DNA from: Piromyces finnis finn
Lineage: Eukaryota; Fungi; Neocallimastigomycota
Length of the DNA stretch: 64,000 bases
Assembly (NCBI GenBank): GCA_002104945.1
Contig: MCFH01000022.1
Span: forward strand, 62,001-126,000
Direction of reading: 5' to 3'
Under the pieces are notes generated by a model. The model ran no database searches. It was not told the DNA's origin and worked only from the letters and a program-made list of their open reading frames with translations. The translations under genes were made by a program, and so were the position numbers. Shown in pieces: positions 47,905 through 61,975 of this stretch (position 1 is the stretch's first letter; every line of letters starts with the position of its first letter).

Positions 47905-50900
47905 TTATTTGTAAAAATTTTACTAAACTTATAATTTAATATTAAAATATTAAATTAAATAAAAGGTTAAAAGATAACTAGGTTAGAAAAAAAAATGTTT
48001 TATTAAAATAATCTTAATTGATTTATAAATGAATAATTAAATTATGTATTATAGTTAAAATAATTCCTTTTTATTTTATTTAAAGAATATATATAATAAT
48101 AAGATTATTTAATAGTAATACTTATTAAGTATTAATAAGATAATAATCTTTACAAAGATTTAATTCATAAAACTATTCTAAACTATTTATACTATTTGTA
48201 ATTTTACATTTAATAATAAAATAACTTTTCAATACATGATTATATTCATAATATATTTTATAATACTTAAACTAAACTTAAGACTTATTCCTAATTATTA
48301 AAAAATAACTATTGTTTATAATATTCATAATATTAATTATTTCTTAATTATAATATAATTCATTGAATATAATATTAATAATTATAATCCTCTAGTTCAA
48401 AGATTATAAATTATGTTATTGAAATAATTATTATAAAATAAAGTTAATTAGTTCCGGAAAATAATTTTAATTTAATTAAACAATAATTTTTTATACTTTG
48501 AGTGAATGATTTATGTTTGATATATCAGGGGTGATCATTCTCTGAATAAACAATTAATCATTGCTAACAAAATATCTTTAAATTGGAATATCTCGTGAAC
48601 CAGCAGAGATATTGACATGATTTTAAGATATGTTGTTTGTCTCGAGCGTGGCTTTCTAACGAACTTAATTATAACCAAAATATTTTTATTCAAAAATCGT
48701 CATTCGTTGAGGAGATACGCGTGTTTTTTCTTATTCCATTTTAACGATAAGGGTTAAAGTTATTTATTATAAAAATTATTAAGGGTTAAGGTCATATTTT
48801 AACCTTTTCTAAATTTTTAAATATTTCTTAATAAAATTTTATAATTTATTTGAAAATAAAATATTTGTTGATTTTGAATTTTCATAAGTGATTTCACAAT
48901 TCCAAGTGATCTTGAAATTGTAATTTCACTAGTATTCGTGACATTATTTGTAAAAGTTTTACTAAACTTATAATTTAATATTAAAATATTAAATTAAATA
49001 AAAGGTTAAAAGATAACTAGGTTAGAAAAAAAATGTTTTATTAAAATAATCTTAATTGATTTATAAATGAATAATTAAATTATGTATTATAGTTAAAATA
49101 ATTCCTTTTTATTTTATTTAAAGAATATATATAATAATAAGATTATTTAATAGTAATACTTATTAAGTATTAATAAGATAATAATCTTTACAAAGATTTA
49201 ATTCATAAACTATTCTAAACTATTTATACTATTTGTAATTTTACATTTAATAATAAAATAACTTTTCAATACATGATTATATTCATAATATATTTTATAA
49301 TACTTAAACTAAACTTAAGACTTATTCCTAATTATTAAAAAATAACTATTGTTTATAATATTCATAATATTAATTATTTCTTAATTATAATATAATTCAT
49401 TGAATATAATATTAATAATTATAATCCTCTAGTTCAAAGATTATAAATTATGTTATTGAAATAATTATTATAAAATAAAGTTAATTAGTTCCGGAAAATA
49501 ATTTTAATTTAATTAAACAATAATTTTTTATACTTTGAGTGAATGATTTATGTTTGATATATCAGGGGTGATCATTCTCTGAATAAACAATTAATCATTG
49601 CTAACAAAATATCTTTAAATTGGAATATCTCGTGAACCAGCAGAGATATTGACATGATTTTAAGATATGTTGTTTGTCTCGAGCGTGGCTTTCTAACGAA
49701 CTTAATTATAACCAAAATATTTTTATTCAAAAATCGTCATTCGTTGAGGAGATACGCGTGTTTTTTCTTATTCCATTTTAACGATAAGGGTTAAAGTTAT
49801 TTATTATAAAAATTATTAAGGGTTAAGGTCATATTTTAACCTTTTCTAAATTTTTAAATATTTCTTAATAAAATTTTATAATTTATTTGAAAATAAAATA
49901 TTTGTTGATTTTGAATTTTCATAAGTGATTTCACAATTCCAAGTGATCTTGAAATTGTAATTTCACTAGTATTCGTGACATTATTTGTAAAAGTTTTACT
50001 AAACTTATAATTTAATATTAAAATATTAAATTAAATAAAAGGTTAAAAGATAACTAGGTTAGAAAAAAAATGTTTTATTAAAATAATCTTAATTGATTTA
50101 TAAATGAATAATTAAATTATGTATTATAGTTAAAATAATTCCTTTTTATTTTATTTAAAGAATATATATAATAATAAGATTATTTAATAGTAATACTTAT
50201 TAAGTATTAATAAGATAATAATCTTTACAAAGATTTAATTCATAAACTATTCTAAACTATTTATACTATTTGTAATTTTACATTTAATAATAAAATAACT
50301 TTTCAATACATGATTATATTCATAATATATTTTATAATACTTAAACTAAACTTAAGACTTATTCCTAATTATTAAAAAATAACTATTGTTTATAATATTC
50401 ATAATATTAATTATTTCTTAATTATAATATAATTCATTGAATATAATATTAATAATTATAATCCTCTAGTTCAAAGATTATAAATTATGTTATTGAAATA
50501 ATTATTATAAAATAAAGTTAATTAGTTCCGGAAAATAATTTTAATTTAATTAAACAATAATTTTTTATACTTTGAGTGAATGATTTATGTTTGATATATC
50601 AGGGGTGATCATTCTCTGAATAAACAATTAATCATTGCTAACAAAATATCTTTAAATTGGAATATCTCGTGAACCAGCAGAGATATTGACATGATTTTAA
50701 GATATGTTGTTTGTCTCGAGCGTGGCTTTCTAACGAACTTAATTATAACCAAAATATTTTTATTCAAAAATCGTCATTCGTTGAGGAGATACGCGTGTTT
50801 TTTCTTATTCCATTTTAACGATAAGGGTTAAAGTTATTTATTATAAAAATTATTAAGGGTTAAGGTCATATTTTAACCTTTTCTAAATTTTTAAATATTT

Positions 50901-53096
50901 CTTAATAAAATTTTATAATTTATTTGAAAATAAAATATTTGTTGATTTTGAATTTTCATAAGTGATTTCACAATTCCAAGTGATCTTGAAATTGTAATTT
51001 CACTAGTATTCGTGACATTATTTGTAAAAGTTTTACTAAACTTATAATTTAATATTAAAATATTAAATTAAATAAAAGGTTAAAAGATAACTAGGTTAGA
51101 AAAAAAATGTTTTATTAAAATAATCTTAATTGATTTATAAATGAATAATTAAATTATGTATTATAGTTAAAATAATTCCTTTTTATTTTATTTAAAGAAT
51201 ATATATAATAATAAGATTATTTAATAGTAATACTTATTAAGTATTAATAAGATAATAATCTTTACAAAGATTTAATTCATAAACTATTCTAAACTATTTA
51301 TACTATTTGTAATTTTACATTTAATAATAAAATAACTTTTCAATACATGATTATATTCATAATATATTTTATAATACTTAAACTAAACTTAAGACTTATT
51401 CCTAATTATTAAAAAATAACTATTGTTTATAATATTCATAATATTAATTATTTCTTAATTATAATATAATTCATTGAATATAATATTAATAATTATAATC
51501 CTCTAGTTCAAAGATTATAAATTATGTTATTGAAATAATTATTATAAAATAAAGTTAATTAGTTCCGGAAAATAATTTTAATTTAATTAAACAATAATTT
51601 TTTATACTTTGAGTGAATGATTTATGTTTGATATATCAGGGGTGATCATTCTCTGAATAAACAATTAATCATTGCTAACAAAATATCTTTAAATTGGAAT
51701 ATCTCGTGAACCAGCAGAGATATTGACATGATTTTAAGATATGTTGTTTGTCTCGAGCGTGGCTTTCTAACGAACTTAATTATAACCAAAATATTTTTAT
51801 TCAAAAATCGTCATTCGTTGAGGAGATACGCGTGTTTTTTCTTATTCCATTTTAACGATAAGGGTTAAAGTTATTTATTATAAAAATTATTAAGGGTTAA
51901 GGTCATATTTTAACCTTTTCTAAATTTTTAAATATTTCTTAATAAAATTTTATAATTTATTTGAAAATAAAATATTTGTTGATTTTGAATTTTCATAAGT
52001 GATTTCACAATTCCAAGTGATCTTGAAATTGTAATTTCACTAGTATTCGTGACATTATTTGTAAAAGTTTTACTAAACTTATAATTTAATATTAAAATAT
52101 TAAATTAAATAAAAGGTTAAAAGATAACTAGGTTAGAAAAAAAATGTTTTATTAAAATAATCTTAATTGATTTATAAATGAATAATTAAATTATGTATTA
52201 TAGTTAAAATAATTCCTTTTTATTTTATTTAAAGAATATATATAATAATAAGATTATTTAATAGTAATACTTATTAAGTATTAATAAGATAATAATCTTT
52301 ACAAAGATTTAATTCATAAACTATTCTAAACTATTTATACTATTTGTAATTTTACATTTAATAATAAAATAACTTTTCAATACATGATTATATTCATAAT
52401 ATATTTTATAATACCTAAACTAAACTTAAGACTTATTCCTAATTATTAAAAAATAACTATTGTTTATAATATTCATAATATTAATTATTTCTTAATTATA
52501 ATATAATTCATTGAATATAATATTAATAATTATAATCCTCTAGTTCAAAGATTATAAATTATGTTATTGAAATAATTATTATAAAATAAAGTTAATTAGT
52601 TCCGGAAAATAATTTTAATTTAATTAAACAATAATTTTTTATACTTTGAGTGAATGATTTATGTTTGATATATCAGGGGTGATCATTCTCTGAATAAACA
52701 ATTAATCATTGCTAACAAAATATCTTTAAATTGGAATATCTCGTGAACCAGCAGAGATATTGACATGATTTTAAGATATGTTGTTTGTCTCGAGCGTGGC
52801 TTTCTAACGAACTTAATTATAACCAAAATATTTTTATTCAAAAATCGTCATTCGTTGAGGAGATACGCGTGTTTTTTCTTATTCCATTTTAACGATAAGG
52901 GTTAAAGTTATTTATTATAAAAATTATTAAGGGTTAAGGTCATATTTTAACCTTTTCTAAATTTTTAAATATTTCTTAATAAAATTTTATAATTTATTTG
53001 AAAATAAAATATTTGTTGATTTTGAATTTTCATAAGTGATTTCACAATTCCAAGTGATCTTGAAATTGTAATTTCACTAGTATTCGTGACATTATT
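47905..53096 (-). repeat. Tandem array of five near-identical LTRs of about 1032 bp (period 1037), each separated by TTATT
   Basis: Units 47910-48943, 48949-49980, 49986-51017, 51023-52054, 52060-53091. Each has TG...CA termini, a TATA and the GTAAAGATTAT motif on the minus strand. TTATT occurs six times. Confidence 0.9.
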
Positions 53097-53157
53097 ATTA
53101 TTATTATTATTAATTTATAATTTATAAATTTAATTATTTATCATAATGTTATATGCT

Positions 53158-53229
53158 GGGGATATAACTCAGTGGTAGAGTGCTTGCTTTGCATGCAAGA
53201 AGCCTCGGGTTCGATCCCCGATATCTCCA
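53158..53229 (+). tRNA. tRNA-Ala(TGC), copy 2
   Basis: Same sequence as 2278-2349. Confidence 0.95.
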
Positions 53230-53593
53230 TTAACTAACATTTTTATACTTAGTATTAAAATATGAATATAAAATATATAAATTTATTTTATTAAGTAAAT
53301 GTGTGAATTATTAAGAGTTTAATTGGATTTAAGTTATTAAGTTTAAAAGTTAGGATATATTCTATTAATTATATAATAAAGTAATATTGTTAAATTTTAA
53401 TAAGAAATAATTATTAAAAATTTTTATTGAATTATTTTATTTAATTTTTTTTTATTACATATAGATGATAATTACAAATTATTTAAATATTAAATTTACT
53501 ATAAAATGAATATTAAAAATCTCACAAAGAATTTTTAAAATTACTCTTTATTCCTCTTATTTATATTTTTATTTTTAATATAATATTGATATT

Positions 53594-53765
<172 letters not shown>

Positions 53766-54390
53766 TCTTTTATAATTTAAAATATTTTATAAAGTAAACT
53801 ATCATTAATATATTATTATTTTTTAACCACAAAATACATTTCTCCTATTTATTAAAATAATCGTAATAATGGCTATTGGAAAATGTCTACTGTTTCTTAT
53901 TGCTAAATGGTTATGACCTTTCTGGTCTGTTATATTGAAATTTCAGCCTAAACGCTCCTTAATACATTTACATAATTAATAATTGTACTATATTCTTTAT
54001 TTATATGATTTTGTCACATATGATCCTGTAGACCATGCATATTAACCACCGCAATGTTCCATTTATTACGAGAAAGGAATGTTGCTTGCGTTTTTGGTTT
54101 GTTTATTTATGTCAACACACATTATTAATCTTCTAATTTAAAATGTACCATGTATACTTGTCCATCTCAGGTAGGCAAGATTAGTGTCATTATTATGATA
54201 ATAAATTAGAATTCTCGATCTTAACAATATAACCTAACATATCACAAAACCTAGGGGTGCATATTCGAACTAGTGGCAAAATATTATTATATTAATATTT
54301 AATCAATTAATAGTTTCAAGATTACTATATTTCATTTATATTTAAGAAAAAATGTACAAAAAAATAATTAACAAGTTTTTTTAAAATTAA

Positions 54391-54462
54391 TGCCTATTGA
54401 CGGAATTGAACCACCGACCTTCGCTTTACAAGAGCGACGCTCTACCACTAAGCCAAACAGGC
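54391..54462 (-). tRNA. tRNA-Thr(TGT), copy 2
   Basis: Same sequence as 3568-3639. Confidence 0.93.
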
Positions 54463-54470
54463 ATTACAAT

Positions 54471-54541
54471 TGCGTTAACCGGGAATCGAACCCGGGCCAT
54501 TTGCTTGGAAGGCAAATATTCTACCTCTATACTATTAACGC
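54471..54541 (-). tRNA. tRNA-Gly(TCC), copy 2
   Basis: Canonical cloverleaf with a fully paired T-stem. Confidence 0.93.
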
Positions 54542-54608
54542 TTTATGCATTGATTTTTGGTACACCACATTCAGAAAAATGCAATAAATCTATATATTTG
54601 GTAAATGA

Positions 54609-55745
54609 TGTGAAGATATTAACTGGATTTAAAACAAATTCAGATAATATCTATAATTAATTAAACATAATAATTATAATTAAATAATTTCAATAATTAT
54701 TTTAAAACACTTTTAAAAGTCACCTTTTAAATTTTGATTCAGTGAAAGGGTTATGATTTCAAAAATTTAATATCAATACACTATAACCCTTAACCAAAAA
54801 TAAGCAAGTACGAAATAAGGTGTAACTCGCCAAAAACGATCGCTACGGCTGTAAGTGCTACGGTGATGAAACTAGGTTTATTGGAAAGCTTAGGAAGAAA
54901 GCTACAATTTGGTACAATCGCGGTCCTTCTAACTGATCATTTAAGGAAGTTATGATCATTTAAAGATTTTATTAGGTAAATTAAAATCAATATGATATCA
55001 AGTATGGATCATAAATATTTCTTATGACTTGATGAAATTAAAAATATATCAATAGGAATTTTAGTTATATTAATTTAATTAATGATAACGATTGTTACTA
55101 AAAATAGAACTAGTGTAACAGTTAACACCTATAAATTAAATAATCTTAATTATTATAAAATAGGTTAACGGCAAGTTTTATTAGAAATAATTTTGAAAAT
55201 AATAATTATTTAATTATAACAAATATGTTATGGTAATATCAATTAATAATGATGAATTATTAATTGAATAGTTTTTATAATTACTAATTAGGATCAACTG
55301 TTTAAATGATTAATCATATGTTTATTTTATTTTATGTCATGACAAACAAACAAACAAACAAACAAACAAACAAACAAACAATCTTATTACTTATTTAATT
55401 ATATTACTAATATATTACATGTAATACTTTATTCTTATTAATATCAATTTAATAATCTGAACAAAGAATATAAAAGAGAATGAATTGAATTCGATTTTAA
55501 TTCTTTGTAAAGATTATAGTTATAATCTTAATTATATAGTTACTTATAATATCATTTATATTATTATTATTAAATAAATAAAAAATTTATAAAAAGTTAT
55601 TTTAAAGTAAATATAAATTTTTCATTTTTCATTTGAGAGTTGAAGGTGTTATTTTATAATTAAATTTAATTTCTTAAAAAACATTTTTACTATATAATTA
55701 ATAACATTCTGACCTGGCCGCATAACCAAACCCAAAAACTTAACA
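54609..55745 (+). mobile_element. Solo LTR of family A
   Basis: Near-identical to the A LTRs; TSD AATGA at 54604-54608 and 55746-55750. Confidence 0.95.
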
Positions 55746-57713
55746 AATGAAATAACCCTTATAATATATATGGATTTAAATATTTTTATTTGAGAAATTT
55801 ATATAACGATAGTAATAATAAGAATAGTAAATTAAATTAAATTAAAAACTTATAAATAATTTATTAAAGTAAAATAAACTTTTTATAATTTAATATAAGG
55901 ATGATAAAAATATAATTATATAAGGAAGAGAAAGACGCGTATATATATATAAAAAGGGAAGAGTTTTTAGTTTTAGTTAGTTTTTAGTTAGTTTATATTA
56001 ATTATATTATAAATAAAATAAAGATAAGGTGATAATAATAGAAGAATAAATAATATTATTGTTAGATTTAGTGAAGGAATTAATAATAATATTAGTTTAT
56101 TTTCTAAGATTATACCTATTTTTAAAAACAAATAATAATATAAAATAATAATAAATAATACTTATAAATAATAAAACTTGTAATAAAAATAATAAAACTT
56201 GTAATAAAAATAATAAAATAATAAATAAAATAATAAAATAATATATAATAAAAAATATTCATCTAGAATATAAATTTGTTATTTATAACTGTTGTAGTGT
56301 CCCAAACAATAAAGAAAAAGGTACTTATAATAAAATTCTGTACCATTTTGATAAATAATGAAATTAATAAATATAAAATTATTATTATACCTGATTTTTA
56401 AGTTAACCCTAAAAGTAACTTAAAACAAGTTATAGTTTAATTAAGTACTTTACCAAAATTCTTAAATAAAATTAATCCTAAACACTGCATATATTTTGAT
56501 TATTGAAAGAAAATAATAAACTTTAATTAATCGAGATCAAAATATATAACTCTTGTTAAATTAATTGTTAAATTAAATATTTAATAACTTCGTTAGTAAA
56601 TTACACTTTAAAAGTAAACAAATATAATAATTCATGTTATAAAATAATATAATTAAACACCTTTATTAAAACATTAAAAATAATTATTACTTTAATTAAT
56701 TGTAAAATAAACAACTTTTTATATTCTTTAACTTTTAATTGTTTCTTTTATTGTTATTTTTAATTACTTTTAATTACTTTTATTGTAAATAGTTATTAAT
56801 TTTATTATTTTAATGTAAATAGTTTAAACTTAAAAAGAAAATATAAATACATGTAAATATTCTTATTTTAATCATTATTATTATTATTAATAAAGAAATA
56901 TTATATAGTTAGATTAATATTTTATAATTTTAATAATCACTTTTATACTTAAATAAATAAAAATTTTAAATATTTAAATATTAGAAAAACAAGTGTTTCT
57001 AATAAAACAATTTAGTGTTTTAACAAAACAATTTTATTAATTTTTATAAAAACGATCTTAAATCTTAATCAATATAACTTATATAGTTATAACAAAAGAT
57101 ATAATATAATAATCACTTTTTGAAGTAAAATTCAAAATTAAGATTATTATCAAATTATATCAATTCGTTACATAAATCTATTTTTAAAACTAAGTTAAAA
57201 TTATTAAACTATTCTAAATTTAAATAAAAAAGTATAATCTATTCTGAAATTAAATAAAAAGTATTTAAAATAATATTTTAATTATTTAAAATATTTGAAA
57301 TATTTAAATTTAATTAAAATTCTTTTATTCCTTAAACTTAAATATTTATCTTAATTTAAATTTAACGGAATTATTATAAAATAATTTATTATTAAATTAT
57401 TCCATAAAATTTATTCAAAAATTTTATAATCAGTTTTACTAAATATTAATTTATTATTTAATAATTAATAATTAATTATTAAATAATCTAAAGATATATA
57501 TTATATCTTTACATTAACTATATTAGTTTATTTTCTTTACCACTTGATTGGGTAAAGCAAATAAACTTCTTATTTAATTAATAACCATTAATATATGGTT
57601 ATGCATATATCTGGCCAATAAATGGTGACCAGAATATATGGTTTCAATTGAAATATTTGTGGGCAAACTTATGGCTACAAATATTTCTTACAATGCCCCC
57701 CTAAAGAGAAAAC

Positions 57714-60700
57714 CTAGACAGGGTTTTGGACACTAACCATGAATTCCTGGTAGCATTTATCTTGAAATTCCTTGAGTAGCTTATCATAGTGGGAGTTCTT
57801 GTTGATGATATCAGCATCAACCCACTCTTGCCTAAAATCACTAAAGGTAGCTAAATATTGGTAGTTATCCTTCTTTCTTCGGGCATTCATGATTTTGATG
57901 ATTTTCTGGTAGCCCACTGGTGCAGGTGTTAGTTCTTCAGGTTTGTTATGGTAGGGTTCAAGTTCACTGATATGAAACACTGGGTAGACGTTGGGGAAAG
58001 GTGACTTGCTGATATCCAACCGGTAGTTTAGCTTGCTCTTATCAACCCCAATAACCTTGAAGGGTCCATACTTCCTTGCTTGTAGCTTGTAGAAAGGGAG
58101 AGGGTTGTAATTTTCTGGTTTTCTTAACCACACCAAGTCCAATAGCCTAATTTTTGGGAAGTTAAGTTCTCTTCTATGGTCCAAGTGGTCTAAGAACCGT
58201 GTTCTTGATATATCCAGCATGTGCTTTAAGTTACCTAAGTTGTGGGCAAAGCTATCTAATACAGGAGCTTCACCAAGTGAGTGAACAAGCTCTGAGTCTT
58301 GAGGGTTCATATGTACCTGGTAGTTATACAAGGCTAAGAATGGTGACTGCTTGGTAGAACTGTGTACTGCATTATTATAGCAGAACTCAGCCAAGTACAA
58401 GTACTTCAACCATTCAGCATCAAAGGTCTTCACAAAGCATCTAAGGTACATACTTACGTAGGAGTTGTTACGTTCTACCTGACCAACCGTTTCGTGATGG
58501 CTAGTGGTAGCAAGGTTTACTTCTACGCCAAAGAACCCCATAATGTCCTTCCATAACTTACTAGTGAACTGGACACCACGATCCGTAGTAACCGATTTAG
58601 GACAACCATGCAACTTGAATACATGTTGTAAGTACGCTAATGCTGTTTCTTTGGCAGTAGGCATACTCCTAAATCCTACTAAATGTATCATCTTGGTTAA
58701 CTTATCACTGCAAACCATGATACAACCCCTCCTAGTGACTTCCGGTGGTTCTGAAGGATCACTACCTGCTTTTCTTCGTTCCCTGATAGGTAAATCCGTC
58801 AGGAAGTCAATTTCTATTTCTTGCCAAGGCAAATCTGCAACATTTACCCTAGCAGCGCTACCGTACGGCTTGTGCCTATTGTCCTTTTGGGTACAACATA
58901 TGGTGCAAGCTTTTATATAACCCGCAACGTCATCCCTCATTTTTGGCCAGTAGTAGTTACTGGCTATCAGGTCATAAGTTTTATCTTTTCCCAGATGACC
59001 TGCTGTTTCACTATCGTGGTTAAGTTTTATGATTGTTTCTCTTAATACCTTTGGTACGTATGTACGTTCTGGTGCATCCTTTCTAACAATCAACCCATTA
59101 ATCATCAACCACTTCTTTTTGATGAGCTTGTGGCCTCTTTTTGCGTCAAGACCATCTCTAATTTCCCTAGCAAGCTCATCCGTGTTGTAAGCTTGTTTCA
59201 ATTCTCCCACAAAGCTTACTTCTAACACCGCATAGCACTCTTCTTCCACTGGTGGAAATTCTTTTACCTGTTCAGGTCGAAGGAGGCTAGCTTTTTCCAT
59301 CTCCAGTTGTATCTGTTCTGGAGATACCATTCTGGATAGGATATCGGCTCTACCATTCATTTTCCCTGGCCGATATATTATTTCGAAATTGTATGCAGCA
59401 AACAGCTCCTGCCATCTTGCTTGTCTTGCTGTCAACAACTGTGGTTTTGTGGCGAACAGGAGATTCCTATGGTCACTATATACTTAGACCTTATGTTTCG
59501 CACCCATCAACAGGTGTCGCCACTCGATGAAAGCATTCCTAATAGCCAACAACTCCTTTTCTGTGATGGAGTAGTTGATTTCTGCTTTCGTAAGCTTCTT
59601 GGAGTAGTAATACACATGGTGTAGTTCGTTGTCATCACCGAGTTGTGACAATACACCACCAACTACTAGACGATTGTCTATTAGCTTTTGTAGGACTCTT
59701 TTTAAATGCCCTACATGCTCTTCAAGTGACTTGGAGTAGATGATGATATCATCCAAGTACACCTGACAGCAGTCATTGATTTCCTCTGCCAACACCGTAT
59801 TGATGAACCCTTGGAACATGGCAGGAGCATTAGTCAACCCGAATGACATCACAAGATATTCGTAATGCCCAAACTTGGTTGAGAATGCCGTCTTGTATTC
59901 GTCACCTTCACGAATACGCACGAGGTTGTAGGCAGACTTCAAATCCAACTTGGAGAAGATAGTCGCACCTTTCATAGCTTCGAATACTTGACTAATGAGT
60001 GGTAAGGGGAAGGGGTTACGCACTGTTACCTTATTAAGACGCCTATAATCAATACATAATCGCCTTTCACCACTCTTTTTGGGCACGAATAATACAGGAT
60101 AACCTGCAGGACTCTCTGACTTTCTGATGAAGTCCTTTGTCAGGTTTTCCTCTATATATTCCTTCAGTGCTTTTTCTTCTTCTGGATTGAAGGGATATAT
60201 AGGCCCTTTATGAAGACTAGCATCCGGCTCCAGGTCGATCTTACAGTCGTAAGGACGATGTTCTGGTAGCTGATTTGCTATTTCTTCATTAAATGCTTCT
60301 TTGAAATTGTGGCAGTACTTCTCCACAATTTCTTCAGGCGTAGGTTGGTTTTTGTTTAAGTTTTCTTCCTGTACCAACCCTACGTAAATGTGATTTTTCT
60401 CTAAGTTCGACTCTTGTACCAACCCTCCTGAAACACAAGTTTTCTCTAAGTTGGATTTAAATGCCAACCCTCCGGAATCACATTTTTTCTCTAAGTCAAC
60501 ACTCCGTACCAACCCTACCGAAAGGGGATTTTTCTCTAAGTCAGAACTTTGTGTCAACCCTCCGGAAACGCGAACTTTCTGTAAGTTAGCACTTTGTACC
60601 AACCCTACTGAAATCACGGATTTCTCAAAGTTGGAACTCGATGCCAACCCTCCGGAACTTCCGTCCCTGGGTTCTCTTGCAGCCTTGTGGCTACCATTAC

Positions 60701-61283
60701 CCACGATTTCGGCTTCTATGTTTTCCGCAGTTACAGTTACCAGAGGCCTTCTTGCTTTTGCATTAGTAACTGTAGTTATGGGACTTAATTGAGTACAGTA
60801 GTAGATATCACCATCATTTATACCGTAACTGTTGGTATGTCCCTTTTCTTTATCATTATCCACTACGAAGTACCTCACTTGTGCATCTTTATCATAACCT
60901 CTGTAGATAAAGTGCTCATCCATGAATCCCAGTCCCACGATGATCATCTCCGGCATGTTGTCGGACAGGTTACAACTTGTGTTGAAACAGTATGGTTTAG
61001 CTTCCTGTTCACTAGATGGAGTTAATCACAACTTCAACTGCAAGTCGTCTGAGAACTGTTTTAACTCGATATCTCCATTAACAGTCCTAAATATGGCTGG
61101 TTTATTCACTACCTTAAACCCGAGTTTCTTTGCTAAGTTTGGGTGAATGAGGTTTGTAGTGGAGCCAGTATCATACAAGACTTCCACCCGTTTTGTATCC
61201 CGAGGGTTGCTTCTTGCGTTTATTTCGGCTACTAGTTGATTCTGACTGTAGTAGCTATTATTCACCGTTGGCTGACTAGCCAT
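57714..61283 (-). pseudogene. Element F pol (PR, RT, RNase H, IN, chromo-like) with two in-frame stops and an internal deletion
   Basis: The three listed ORFs share one frame, with stops at 61026-61028 and 59484-59486. YDTGS and YLDD are present. RT joins RNase H directly (KLIDNRL-VVGGVLSQ), so the RT thumb/connection is lost. PPT GGGGGGCAT then an LTR starting TGTAAG at 57692 (minus strand). Confidence 0.88.
60342..60656 (-). repeat. Seven 45-bp (15-aa) in-frame repeats between PR and RT of element F
   Basis: SGGLASSSNFEKSVI / SVGLVQSANLQKVRV / SGGLTQSSDLEKNPL / SVGLVRSVDLEKKCD / SGGLAFKSNLEKTCV / SGGLVQESNLEKNHI / YVGLVQEENLNKNQP. Confidence 0.9.
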
Positions 61284-61975
61284 GGCTTTAGGTAAGGGAT
61301 TATTTCCAATACTAGAAGGTCCTTGCTTTGGTTGTGTAATGTTGACACTAGAAGAATAGATTAGGATATCTATTCTATTACAATAACACTAAATTTAAAA
61401 TAAAAATAAAAATTGTTTTATTAAAAATATCTTTTATTATAATAGAAATTTTATTAATAACAATTACATCGATAAAATGATGAAAAATATCTTCTATTTA
61501 TATTTTTCCTAAATACATTTATATTATATTATAACTATTTATTTAAAATATATTATTATTTAAAATCTACACTAAATTCTTAATTATTAATAAATATTTA
61601 AACTATAACTATTTTTAGTAAAATACAATTGGCAATTCAAATTAAGTACTATTTAATTTGAATATGTGCCCATGTATTATTGATATATTAATCATTTATT
61701 ATTTATCTATTTCTATAAAAAAAACAATACTAAAACTAGGGATTTAAATTGAGAATATTAATTTACTTGTTAAACATTAAAAATAAATTAATAATTTATT
61801 TTGTTTTAAACTTTAATTATTAATAAATAAATTATGTCTCATTTTCTTTTTCTGAATATAATTTGTGTAACTTAAACAATAATACTTGTGGCTTAAGTTA
61901 CATTAAAGATATCAAACAGAGGCGTTTGATATCTTTACAATCTCTCTCTCTAAGTCGAGCTCCTGCGAGATTAAT

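Noticed and set aside
47905-53096. CRISPR-like reading of the repeat array
   Set aside because: The repeats are 1-kb LTRs and the 5-bp spacers are identical; the context is eukaryotic.
54390-54660. ORFs of 65 and 87 aa
   Set aside because: They are antisense read-outs of tRNA-Thr/tRNA-Gly running into an LTR.
55751-57692. Exact extent of the element F 3' LTR and a possible extra solo LTR near 55930
   Set aside because: No partner LTR or TSD in the window to define the ends.
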